From the human T2T-CHM13v2.0 reference genome, Homo sapiens, in NCBI RefSeq assembly GCF_009914755.1, contig NC_060932.1: a DNA stretch of 64,000 bases; one strand, given 5' to 3'. Below the pieces are notes generated by a model that saw only the letters and a list, made by a program, of their open reading frames with translations, had not been told where the DNA came from and did not search any database. The translations under genes and the position numbers were made by a program. This document shows positions 13,256-26,191 of this stretch, one piece after another. How positions within the stretch are numbered: position 1 is the first letter of the stretch; each line of letters begins with the position of its first letter.

Positions 13256-15169
13256 TTACAACACATGCACAATGCAGGGAAAATTAGTAATAAACTGGAT
13301 TCCTTGGAGAAAAAAAATGGAGTCATTAATGACATTAAGCCCATATTAGAAAGAAAACAATGCTAGTATAGCTCATTGAGGATAAGATTTTTGTTTAAGT
13401 TCTACTTTTTATTCCTATTTTCAATGCCAAAGGAGGTATGTATATCTGAAAGTTGGAGTCAAATGTAACAAAATCATATAAATGTCTCTTTAGTGATAAG
13501 GAAAGCACTTGAAAACACTGTAAGCTCTCTTGTACTTATTTCTATTCTGACAGCTTTAAATTTTATTTTTAAAATATATTTCTGAGATTACTTTATCAAA
13601 AATGTATATATCACCTAAGATGCTATCACCGTCTTAAGAGTCAAGAAATTACAGACAGGAATTCAACTAAAAGAAAAATGGAAAATTTCTTTACAACACA
13701 GTAAACTGAGTTCTAATTGCGTTTGCCCTTAACACACTGTTATGAGTCAGGGTTTTCAGCCCTTATGATTCATAAAGTTAAAATCAAGTATAAGACTATT
13801 GCTCACAGTCTAATGCTGTTCCCTGTTTACCCAGATCAGAGTCCGTGGTTCCTATTGGAATCATTCGCTGTATTCACTCCGAGCTCCGACGGCCATCATT
13901 CTCGGTTGTATTGGCTGTACAAAATGCCAACCCCAGCGAAACAGAACCCTAGGTCAACTCAGCACCCGCACCAGGCAGCTAACCATGGCTGGAGAAAACC
14001 CAGCAACTTTGTTAATTTGTCTCTTTTAAATTCATAATCATAAGCCTGAGTGAACTTGCTAGTACTTATTAGAAAACTCAGCGCAAATCAGTTCTCTTTC
14101 ACTCCCTACTAGGCAACTGTTTCAAAACTTCTCTTTCCTCACATCTCCAGTACCAATTCATCTTTCTAAATTCTCAGCTGCTTCTTATTTCATTGGGAAT
14201 ACAAGTGAGAGCAAGGCAAAATTCCCAGAGCTCTGAACATCAAGTTTACCAACCTATCCGGGTCTACTTGAAGCCAAATGCTCTGCCTCCCCTCTCTTTT
14301 AGGGGAAGAAATACTTGTCCTCTGATCTAAGGCCAAATCCTCTCTCCTGCACTAGATCCCTTCTGAGTATCTCTTTTTTCCTGCGTCATCAGTTACTTGT
14401 TCTCTACTAGTTGTTCCCACAGCATACAAAAATGTCCATCTCAAAGAAAAAAAAATCCTTTTTTATTCCTATATCCTGCTCTAATTATTATGCATTTCTT
14501 GCTTATTTTTATAACAAAACTACTTTTAAAAGGCTGCCTTTTATTTTTTCACTTCATTTACTCATTTACACTATTTTTTTGTTCTTTGATAAGAATACAG
14601 AAATTGTTCTTATCAAGGAAATTAGGTATCTCCATGTTGCAAATCCTACACTCAGTTATCACGTCTCATATTAATCTACTAGCAGTGTAAGAGCAATAAA
14701 CCCTCCCTCCTCCTTCTAACCCCTTTTCACTTTGCTTCTGGGACAACTTTCCCTATCTCCCTGCTCACTTCTTTTTATACCCTCTTCTGGATCCTCTGGC
14801 ATGCCCCATGGCTCAGTCCTCAAACATCATCTATTCTCTTCCTACGCTTACCTCCAAGGTGATTTCACCCGATCTAAAGACTTTAGGTACCATGACGATT
14901 CATAAATTTTCATCTACAGCCATGATATCTCTCCCATGAATTTCAGACTAGTACATCCAGTTGTCTACTTCACATCTCCACTAAGATCTGATCAGAAACA
15001 CAAAGTTAGCAAGTTCAAAAACAAAGTCTCAATCCCCCAAATCTCACTGCCTTTTTAGGCTCTAAATGAACATTCACTCACCTACCTTTCTAACCTCATC
15101 TCCTAACAATTTCCCCGTTTGATCATTTCACTACAAAGAAAGTAAACTTTCAGTTCCTGGAACACATGA

Positions 15170-15704
<535 letters not shown>

Positions 15705-15900
15705 AAAATTCTGTCTCCTTTTACTTGGACAAAATATCCATGAAGAAGAGCTTTATTTGTCCATGTTTGTATCTTCAGTGATTAGAACAGCAGTACTAGT
15801 ACACTGTACTCCATAAATAATCTGCTGAATGAATATCAACTTGTCTGATGAACACAGTTCATTGAAGCTTATTTTAAACTTATTTACCTTTTTAGTAGCC

Positions 15901-16068
15901 TAAATTGTATATAATGGATGAAAAAAATTATGATAGAGACATAATTCTTTATTAAAATTATTTGATAATTTACTAAATTGTATATGGTAAGAAATTGATG
16001 AAGAAATTTGTCATTGATGACAAATGATAGAGACATAATTCTTTATAAATATTATTTGATAATCTACT
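15901..16068. repeat. Imperfect tandem duplication with an internal palindrome
   Basis: atgatagagacataattcttt...ttatttgataat occurs at ~15930 and ~16024, taaattgtatat at 15901 and 15974, and atttgtcat-tg-atgacaaat at 16006-16025. Confidence 0.85.
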
Positions 16069-16747
16069 CACTGCAGTAGAAAAGTTTTCATTAAACCATA
16101 CCTTTCTTGAGAGGGGGATTTTATTGGTTTCATCATATTCTTAAAATAAAAAAAGTGAAAAAAATGTAAAGCATCACCTAAGTAGTTTGTTTTATCCCAT
16201 GCTTTCATAATAATTTTTTAAAGGTTTATTTGAGTATTTCTTACACCACAGTATGAAATGCATCATGTGCCATTTACTAGGTATGTCATCTAAGCAAATA
16301 GACATTGCACAATTAAATATGGAGTTCCAATTACAGCATAGTAGCTGTGTTACATAGACCTAGAATTTTATGTCAACTCCTTACCAGTATCAACAAAGTG
16401 AATTCTTCCTAATGTCAAAACAGTTTCTGTTCTGTTTGTAGTCACTTCCCCTTCTTGCATTGTCCTATTTCTGTTCAATCTGCTGAAACTCTTCAAGATC
16501 TAATACCAATCTTCACATAAATGATAGATTTTTGTTCCCTGTATCATATATCAAAATGTTTTCATATTAGTATAGAAAATTCTTACTACCTATGATTACT
16601 TGAATGCAACTGTTTCTATTGCTAGCTTTGCATTACATTTGTATGTATTTTACATGATCTACTTTCTGACCTCATTAAAAGAGTAGATGCTTTGTCATAA
16701 AATTGTAAGACTTCTGTAGCACATGATTAATCAGCCAAAGCCTCGCA

Positions 16748-16773
16748 GACACACACAGACACACACACACACA
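16748..16773. repeat. Short interrupted (CA)n
   Basis: Read directly. Confidence 0.85.
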
Positions 16774-18344
16774 GTACCATTACCATGGAAATCCTTCTCC
16801 TACCCTTTCTCTTAAGTCAAAATTATGTAAAACAATATTGATTATTATTCACTAAGTGCCCAATTCTTTCCTAGTAGACCAAGCTCCCAGTTTCAGGCAG
16901 ACCCCTACGGAGTGACGAGAACAGGAGACCTGGCAGGAAATGGGGTGACAGATGCTGGGGCCAAATCACCCTGACAACTCCTCTCAATAATAAATCTGAG
17001 AATCTAATCTCTGCTAAATTGTTAATGGCAGCAAATGAGATACTCAGTTACTCCTCCTGATAGTGTATTTGCATTTAAATGAGTCCTTTCTGGAAGGACT
17101 CCCTTAACCCAAAGGAGTGTTTCTAAATGCTGACAGCTCCCAGCACACAGGGCCTCTGGCTCTGGTTTCACATTTTCCCTTGCTGAGACTCATGATATCA
17201 CTAGGCCATTTGATCTCTAATTTGAGAATATCAGAAAGGAAGCATTGCAGACCTCAAAGTCAAGATCCAAAGTTTAGGGTTTTTTAAAAAAAAATTTGTG
17301 CAATAACAAGTCATAGGTTAAAAAAAATTACATATTGCTGTATGTAAAGTTCCAAGAAGACAGATTCAAACCCTATATGTTGACATAAGACATTTCCCAA
17401 TATCTTTCCCCTTTTCTTTCTGGTTTCCCTATGCCTCTTACCGTGCTGGAGTATCAGAAGCAGTTCAATCCTGCCATTTAATGTCTTTGACTGTTGTCTT
17501 TAACACCATCAACACACTGATTCCTTTCCATGAATAAAAAGTACCTGATAAGAATACTTTGATAGATGAATGTATCTATATTATCACAAGACACTATCTT
17601 CAGTGAGTCTGGCTTCGCAGATGGAAACTACACTGGGGGGTCAAGAAAACATGTTCTGGGACTGTCCCAAGTCGCCACAGTTGCATCCCTACTGCCTCAG
17701 GCAACTTGAAGGAAAAGATCAAACATCTTTCACTCTTGAGACAATTGTTGTCTTCATCTCAGAAACAAGACAAAGTCAGGCTGTGAGTGGTGGGGATCCA
17801 AGCCCAAGTCTGTTCAACTACAAAATCTCTAACCTTCACAGTCATCTCAACCTTCTGGTTCTCTTCACCTTCTCATCCTCCTGCCTCTTTACTTTATAAG
17901 GACTTTTATCTTCAGCATGAGATACCTAGCAAATCCTTCAACTAAATGATAAATTATGAAGGCTGAACATGTTCTCTCATTCAAGGTATTTAGAACTTGC
18001 AAAGGAGAAAGGGGACAGAAGCCTGCCCAAGTATGCAAGGATAACACTGACAGAGTATCAGCTCCCTGAAGCTCTGGAGTGGCAATTTCATGCCATCTCA
18101 TTATAGCCTCACAGTAACAGTCTACAGTTTGTATTCTAAGTTTTGCCATGGCTCCCTTTGACAATCTGAAGCAACCTACATAACTCTTCTTAAAATGATG
18201 CTTTTCAATGCATAAAATATAATACGTAGAATTGGAAAGGAAACTACGAAGTTTAAAATACTGTTATCAAAATATTTAAAAACAAAATTCATGATATACA
18301 AAGGTATGGGCATTTAAACTCATTAAACACAGTATAGGAGAGTT

Positions 18345-20145
18345 ATATATATTTACTTAAAAATTGTGATATTGTGGGAAAGGGTTAACAATTTTTATAC
18401 TGCTTTACATGTACACTGAAATTGAACAATTATAACAGTGAATGATGGGAGCCATGATTCTCACTATTGGAATAGGAATTTACAGACAAGCAAAGGGAGG
18501 AGGCTAGAATGATCTATGTGTTAAAGGATTAAAGTTGGAAACATAAGTATGTGCTCATATTTAGCTTAATACAGACACAGAATGGTCACATATAGAAATA
18601 CTTATGTATATATGCATGGGTAAGTATACACATATATTTCTTCACTGTCTTAGTTGAAAGGCCTAAACAAAATGACCTGCCAATAATGACTGTGTCTGGG
18701 ACCCAGATCTTGATTTGTATTACCATTCTCCCATAAAAGGAACAAGGGCTCCATGAAGAAATGGCTGATTCTTGGAATGAAGAAGGAAGTATACAAGTTG
18801 AGACTGGAGGAACTTATAATACCATAAAGTAAGGGATTGTTAACAGCCCTGCTGCTCCTGCCATACACACACACACGCACACTCACACATCAAAGGGGGT
18901 ATGTCAAAGGAGCACAGGAACCTACTGAAAGAGCTTCCAATGGGCAAAACTGGAACAAATTGAACAACAAAATAAAGTAGTAATTGATTATTACCAAAGG
19001 CATAAAATATAATACATCTCCATAAGTCTATAATATTGATATCAATAAGTAATTGAATACTTGGTAGAGAATAGACAGCTCTCCTGTACAGAATTCCATA
19101 TACTTTATGTACACACTCTGCCCTCAGGGAGGTAGAGCCAAAGTCCCACTCCTTAGGTTTGGGTTTCATGTAGTTACTTCCTACAAGTACAGTATGGAAG
19201 GGATGGGCAATAACGTTACAGTAGAGAAACCTGACAAACACTGCCTCAGCCAGACAATCAAGGTCAACACATCACCAGTCATAAATCACATCGGTACTAT
19301 AGCACCTTGATATGATGTGAGGAAAAGGGACTTTACCTCTTTCTTTCTCCTGCCAATAGTTCGCAACTCCAGTCTTATCATAAGAAAAGCATCAGACAAA
19401 TTGCAACAGTGAGGCCTTCCAGCAAATACTTGACCACTACTCCTCAAAACTGTCAAGGTCATCAAAAACAAGAAAAACTATCACAGCTAAGAGGAGCTTA
19501 AGGGGACATGACAACTAAATTTAGTGTGGTATCCTGGATGGATGCCTGGAACAGATTTAAGGATATTAGGTAAAAACCAGGGAAACTTAAATGTAGTTAG
19601 ACTTTATTTATAGTTAGTAATAATGTATCAGTATACATTCATTGATTGTAACCCAATGATATGGTTCAGATTTGTGTCCCTACCCAAATCTCATGTCAAA
19701 TTGTAATCCCCAATTTTGGAGGAGGGGCCTAGTGGGAGGTGACTTGATCATGGGGGAGGACTTCCCCCTTGGCTTTCTGGTGGTAGTGAGTTCTCATGAC
19801 ATCTGGTTGTTTAAAAGTGTGTAGCACCTCCCCCTTCTCTTTCTCCTGCTCCAGCCATGTAGGCCCTGCCTGCTTCCCCTTTGCCTTCCACCATGATTAT
19901 AGGTTTCCTGAGACCTCCCCAATCATGCTTCCTGTACAGCCTACAGAACCACCAGCCCTTCTTTATAAATTACCCAATCTCAGGTAGTTCTTTATAGCAA
20001 TGCCAGAATTACACCAAGGTACCTTACTATTGTATGATGTCAATAGGAGACACTGGGAATGGGATATATGGGAACACCCTGTATTATTTCTTCAATTTTT
20101 CTGGACACCAAAGCTGAAAAATATAGTCTATTAAATAAAAAAAGT
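18345..20145 (+). mobile_element. L1MC3/L1MD-type LINE-1 3' region
   Basis: acagtagagaaacctgacaaacactgcctcagccag, cctcaaaactgtcaaggtcatcaaaaacaag, and an A-rich end at ~20130-20143. Confidence 0.75.
19657..20013 (+). mobile_element. MSTA-like MaLR solo LTR
   Basis: tgatatggttcagatttgtgtccctacccaaatctcatg...ctcaggtagttctttatagcaatg...taca, with ccaa on both flanks. Confidence 0.9.
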
Positions 20146-21331
20146 AGTGATGATTTGATTATAACATCAGTGTAGTGATAGAGATATCTATAAAAACAGC
20201 AATAAGGAATTAGCTGTTGTTTCTATTGGAAACAAAGTCCCAGGTACTCCTAACATTCTTGTGGTTTGTTGCCTACATTATGTTTAAAGGACATGCTAAA
20301 TGCTAAATTTCAGTTAGAAGTTAGTGAAACTAAAAATGAGATTTTTCCCATTATACTTAATCTGTATAAAAGGAGTATATGAATAGAATTCCATTTATAC
20401 AGATTAAGAATCTCCTGCTCTATGGTAATATTAACGGGCTAATGTTATGAAAGTGAGTCTCAGAGCGATGAATTAAGCTGTTCTAGCTTTCAAAGAGCAT
20501 ATATTCTATGACCAAGAATTCTAACTAAGTTTTGTTGGAAAGCTGTTGGCTACATTATCACCTAACTTTGGGACTGATAGATGGATGGAAACATCTCATT
20601 TAGCAAAGGTGCTTCCCTGGCCTTGTGCAATTGCACTGTTTAGGTTGCTGGACAAATCCATAGTGTAAAGCTGGCCTGTATCAAGTGACGGTCAATTCAA
20701 ACAGCAAGGCAAGTTAAAAGAGGGAACTCCATTCCACAGAACCCTAGTGTCAAGGAACCTCCCGACTGGAAAATGACTCAACAGCTAGGCGGAAACCCTG
20801 GCTCAGCTACAAAGAGAGCAAATTTAGTCCCATTTTTCCTTAAACATTCAACCCTCAAACCTGAAGAGATTTGGGAAAGAAGCAAAACGGGAGGGTGGGG
20901 GAGAGAGAACAGTCTTGTTAACAGCTAGTGTTAATTTAAAAAGAGAAGGAAAGGGCTTATATGAATACATGCTTATTTCATTCCCAAAGCAAATTTTCAT
21001 AAATCCTTAGGGAAAGAGAGATAGTCATTTGCTAATGTAGACTCTGCTTTTTGATTCCCAAATGTTACAGCTGTCACCACAACAGTTTGCCCAATTATGT
21101 GGCAGGGAGGGGAGGGGGTCCAGAGCAAAGGAAGTAGGAGGAAGAGATGTTAGAGGGAACATCTGTGCACAAGTGCACCATAAACACAACAAAATCATGG
21201 GGCCACCCCACTGTTTCTTTGAGCGCTTTCTCTGGTTGGCCCCACTTCTCCAGTCTTTTAGGAGATTCCCGTTCTATTACGTAGGTGAGAGGGCGAAAGG
21301 TTCTAGCTTTCAAAATTGTGAGTGGTTTGGC

Positions 21332-21390
21332 TGTGTGCATACGTGTGTGTGCGCGCGTGTGTGCGTGTGTGTGTGTGTTTGCGTGTGTGT
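21332..21390. repeat. Mixed (TG)/(CG) alternating purine-pyrimidine tract
   Basis: Uninterrupted purine-pyrimidine alternation 21332-21378 including gcgcgcg. Confidence 0.95.
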
Positions 21391-21589
21391 CTGTTGGCGG
21401 GGGCGGGGGTGATGGAGAGAGCTATGAAGGGCTTAGAAAGCTTCATTACCAATTTAAAATGTTTTTGTAGTGCTTGAATGTTTATCTTAAAAGACAATTC
21501 CTGCTCTCAAATTCAGCCAAATGAACAATGCTGATAAGGAAGATGAAGAGGGTGGGAAACCCACAGGGGCAAATGGAACAGTCCATGCA

Positions 21590-22110
21590 GCCGGGGTGAC
21601 GGGGGAGCGCTCGGAGGAAGGACGCTATGCAGAGAAAGCCCCCCTGGCTCTTCTCTCTCAATCCATAATCCAGCGATGCTGCAGCTGTAAAAGCATTAAT
21701 AGAAAATCAATCCACAACCTCGCGGGGCAGCGATCGTCGAGCGCCGTTTCCAGGCTGCCTTCCCTGGGGTCGGGAGCGGCCCCGCTCCCCCCGTGGCTGG
21801 CGCGGAATGTGGTGATCCGTCCCGGGGCGGGGATGACTTCATGCAGCCGGAGCTCCGCGGCGGGAGCGGAGGCTGCTGCTGGCAGGTGGGGCGCGGGCCG
21901 GCGCGAGCTGACCGAGCACTCGGCGGGCGCGGCGGGACTGCGGCCCGTGGCGGCGTGCGCGGGGACCTGCGCTGACTAGGTCCGGGGAAGGTAAGCAGCC
22001 CGGCACCGGTGCGCCCTGGCCGCACTGCGTGGAGCTTTCCGCTTGGTTAATAATGGGGTTTGCAGCACGGAGGGAAGAAGGGGAGAACCCCGCTGCATTC
22101 TGCAATGAGA
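21590..22110 (+). promoter_or_regulatory. CpG-island promoter
   Basis: Only CpG-dense, GC-rich stretch in the window. GC box ggggcgggg (21824-21832) abuts CRE-like ATGACTTCAT (21833-21842). No clear TATA box. Confidence 0.9.
21840..21990 (+). other. SNCAIP: Non-coding first exon (5'UTR), probably of synphilin-1; TSS position approximate
   Basis: Strong donor AAG|GTAAGC at 21990/21991 at the 3' side of the CpG island. The sequence ...gcgctgactaggtccggggaag is recalled as the SNCAIP 5'UTR, not database-verified. Confidence 0.6.
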
Positions 22111-24851
22111 AAAGGAGCAACAACTAGGATGGAAATGTTGGGCGGCCAAGTGCAGAGGTTGGAGGAGCAGTGTTACTGGGCAAACAAAGAAGGCGTTCTT
22201 GCCTCTATACTCTTTTGAACGTGATCTACCATTTCAGTGCCAGATTCGCGTAGACAGTGAAGAGGACTCAAAATTTAAAATAATTTGAGTTACTCTTTTG
22301 CTTTCTGTGCCTTTTACCTTCGCTTGAGTATTTTGAGGATTTGGAGCAGTAGGTCCCTGGCAGCAGCCTGAGGTAATCAGAAATCGTCCCTCTTCCTGTA
22401 GTCCTTGGTCCTCTCCCTTTCCAGTTATCAGAATGGGTCTGTGCCCCTCTCAATGGCAAAACACCTGCTTCAAGACTGAACCTTTAGAAAGAGCCTCTAT
22501 CTGGAGGGGAAACTTCTCTTATCTCCTGGAGTTCAGCTTGGGTTGAGCAGCACTTGACATCGCTTCTTCCTTCAATTGCCATTTTCTCTGTCAATCATTT
22601 CATTGATCTTTTTCGGAGATGCTGTGCCCATTCACAGACCAACTCTCGTCAGCTCTTATCCACCACCTGGGTTCCATGACTGATTTTGTCAAGGTCCCAA
22701 AAAGGGCATTGCCTCACACAGATTTCTTATTCGGTATTCTCCCTGTATACTGTTACCTGTGTCCTTCCCCCAAATGCATGGAATGAAATATCCTGCTTGT
22801 GGCCCTGTACCAACATGTTATCCCATTAACTCCCTTCGCTGTAGTCACTGTGGCTACTTGAAAGCTAGAGAGGACAGATAGAATCTACTGGAGTGTGAGG
22901 GATGTTCCCTATGCATAGGCATAGGTAGAAGTAAAAATGTGAATGCCAGTCCATCCAGTTTTTCTTGAAGCAATTTTAGTCCAGTTGGATTTTGAGACAG
23001 CTAGCTGTTAAGATTTGGGACAAATCCTTTCCAAAAGGCAGAGGAGTCCGTTTGCCTCTAGGATTCCTCAAGAACCTCAAAAGAGTTTCCAGTGAGGTTT
23101 TCCTCGTAGGCAGTCAGAAAGCCAATGGAGCTGCCCAATCTAAGCCTCTGGTTGAGTATCCTCTAGTTTGTCTTGCCATTTGCAGGTTCCTATCCCTCGT
23201 CCTAGGATTTTCCCCACAGACCCCTTGCTACTGAGCCCAAGTGCCTATCCTTGTTGCCACCTAGAGATGTACATTTGAATAATATGCTGTGAAATGGTTA
23301 AGATGGCTGTTATGGGGATTGCAAACGTGCCACTTCACCAACAGAGAACAGTTGCAATAAGCCAGATTGTGGGGTATCTGTGTGCCAATGTTCTATTTAA
23401 AGGAAGATCTGTTATCTTTAAACTTAAAATTACAGAGACTGTCTGACTCAACAGCCATGCAATTTTATTTTAGTAAATTAAATTAGAAGATCAATGAAAA
23501 AGAGGGGCAGAGTTGGTAGCTTAAAATTTTACCTCTTTCTTTCCTCTTCAAATATTATTTTTAAGCAAAGACACTAGTATGGAAAATCGTGTTAATCATA
23601 TTATATATCATTATTGCCTTTCTATTACAAATTTCGTTTTTACAAAATGCACTTTAGAAAGATTTGAATTTGTTTCTTTGTCTCCATCTTCAGTATATGA
23701 GGCATAGGGTGAGGGTGTAGGGGGTGGGCAAAGCCCACTACTGAGTGATCCACTCCAGGAACTGCCCCTTGGGGTCTTAATAACCTTATGTTCCTTTTTT
23801 GTTGTTGTTATTATGTGTTAAACAGGGTTTTGGTTTGAAATATTAACTTCTTGAGATTCTAGAATTTTTACTCAGTCACATTAACTATGAGGTAACAAAG
23901 AACAAGATCAACAACAAACCCTGTATTCTACCACCTTTTTTCTACTATTAAAATACTTAACCATATACATCATTATTCTGAATAATACTAATATAGAATA
24001 ATAATGAATTTTAATATAGTTATTCTAAATAACCTGAGGTATATGAAATACAGATTAGTACAATTGATCTTAGAAATACAATGCAGTTTCTGTAATGTTG
24101 ACAGTCACCTTTCTGTTGAAGAGCAAGTGCGTGAGAATATCCTAATGATGGTTAGAAATTCGAAGTGTCTATCATTTAGTTTCTGAAGAAACTAAACTCT
24201 TTGGCAAGAAATAGGTTCAGGATTAGGAGACTGGTGCTGCCTAAGGTGGAATAATACTTGCTAGTGATTTTGCAGGTGAGTTGAACCCACTAAGTTATGG
24301 ACTGGAGTTGGAGAAATCTTGTTGAGAAGAAAGAAAACAAGTTAGAAAATTTAATTTTCATTTTAGTACAACTGAGGAAGATAATCAAACTGAAGGGATT
24401 CCTGAATTTGGACTTTGTTGTGTTTAAACAAGTTTGAGGAAAGTTTCTAAATTTAGAAGGCTAAGCAGAAATATATGTATGATTTTATGTCTGAAACTGA
24501 TTTATGACTTTATATCCTTTCCTTAAAATGTTTCCTAGGGAGAGGAAAAACTAATTGGCTGGTGTTCAGAATTGAAAGAGGAATGAAAAATGGAAGGACG
24601 TGCATGATTAGATGCTAAATGATTAGATACTAAATGAACTGCAGGCACTTTTGTGTTTGACAAGATAGAACTGAAGTCAGTCTACTGCTCTCCAATTGTG
24701 TAAAAAAAAAAAAAAAAGTTTTGTCTGCTAGACAGTGTTACCAGATATTTAGAGAGTAAAAATTTAGGAGTTAAAGTTGCCCTCTTCTAACAAAATATCT
24801 TTTTCTGGTGCTGCATTACTGCCATTAACTACAATTGAAATAGCCTTAAGA

Positions 24852-24976
24852 TTTGAGGCTGAGGCAGGAGGATTGCTTGAGCCCAGGAGTCTGAGGCTGC
24901 AGTGAGCCATGATGGCACCACTGTACTTCAACCAGGGCAACAGAATGAAACCCTGTCTCAAATTAAAAAATAAAAA
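24852..24976 (+). mobile_element. 5'-truncated AluJ right arm or FRAM
   Basis: gaggctgaggcaggaggattgcttgagcccaggag...ccctgtctcaaa plus an A-rich tail. Confidence 0.9.
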
Positions 24977-25399
24977 CTTTTTTAAAAGTTCAGAAATGTT
25001 GAAATGGAAAAGGAAAAAGAATAGCAATAATAAGGCTCAAATAGAAATGTCATTTCTATTCAACCAGTGACTCCACTGAGAATGGGTAGAAAAAAGTGCT
25101 ATTTTGAAAGTTGCCAATGACCTCTTAATTGCCAGATTTCTATAATATTTCACCCTGTTCATTTTATAAGTCCTCTTCTATGTTATTCTTGGATTCAATA
25201 TTTGTGTTTAAAAGGTAATATTAAGTACTATGTATCAGGCACTGTGATATCTCTTAATCTAATTTGTCACTAATTCCCTTAAAGTACCCCATGCCCAACC
25301 TAAACCAAGTGGATCTTCTTTCCAATTTGTACCCCATGGTGGCATGCCTATGTGTTTTCATTTATTCTGTTAGCCCATCCTCTTACATGTCGAAACCTT

Positions 25400-25660
25400 G
25401 TTCACCTCAGATACTGACTCACTTATGAAGCCTTCCCCATACCCATCTTCCTTCCCCAACCAGATGTGCCCCTCTCTTGTTTAAATTCCCATAGCACATT
25501 CTATTTTGGGTTATCCTTTCATGTGAACATGCTTTGTCTGCTCTTCTAAAAAAAACTCTTGAAAGCAGGGTCTGGGAATAAGTTTTTATTACCTGCAACT
25601 CTATGGTGTCTAGCTACATATATGTATTATAGGTGTTCAGCAATTTGATTTTAGTGAAGA
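25400..25660 (+). mobile_element. L2 3' fragment
   Basis: atgaagccttcccc...aactcttgaaagcagggtct...taggtgttcagcaa. Confidence 0.55.
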
Positions 25661-25929
25661 AATAAGTTATTTTCCAGAGTTATAAATCTATCTACCTACA
25701 CTCCTCTACCAGCCAAGTTAAGTTCTCAATATATGTGCAAATGCTAATTTGGTTTTTTAAAAATCATTATAGTAATAATAAATATACTGAGAGTACATTC
25801 AAATCATTATAATCTACAAAAGGTATTATGAGCTTAAATGTCCTTAAATGGATACTAAAAGCATGGTGAGCATAGCAAAACCAATCTTTAATGAAGACAT
25901 TGTACCTGCTTTCAGTATTATTGCATTGA

Positions 25930-26095
25930 AGGCACCTTATGCATATGAGCATTTATCTTGTTTCAAGCCACTCATCTAGGGACTTTCATCTTTGGTATCT
26001 CATTTGATGTTTATACTATATGTGAATTTTACACTAAGAAAACTGAGGCTCAGAGATGTCACCTGAATGGCAGAGATTTTTTCCATATTACCACC
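25930..26095 (-). mobile_element. MIR SINE
   Basis: ttttacactaagaaaactgaggctcagaga core. Confidence 0.55.
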
Positions 26096-26191
26096 CGCTC
26101 TTTGAAGTGTAACAGAGTGAGGGAAAACATTGTAAAAACATAAAGTCAGAGCCATCAGAATAGTTTCAAGTTGTTTTGTGATTAATCTTTC

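Larger units (their letters stand above)
18125..20417. mobile_element. hAT-Charlie DNA transposon (Charlie4a-like) split in two (~18125-18340 and ~20146-20417)
   Basis: The 5' piece gccatggctccctttgacaatctg...aatgcataaaatataatac and the 3' piece tgtggtttgttgcctacatt...aaatttcagttagaagttagtgaaa...ttaagaatctcctg match the two halves of the recalled consensus. Confidence 0.65.

Noticed and set aside
21521-22123. Several overlapping 60-152 aa ORFs on both strands
   Set aside because: Expected from stop-codon scarcity in a CpG island; low-complexity A/G/R/P content with no homology
22290-22378. Possible 44-nt cassette exon (22329-22372)
   Set aside because: GAG acceptor and GTAATC donor are weak and there is no supporting evidence
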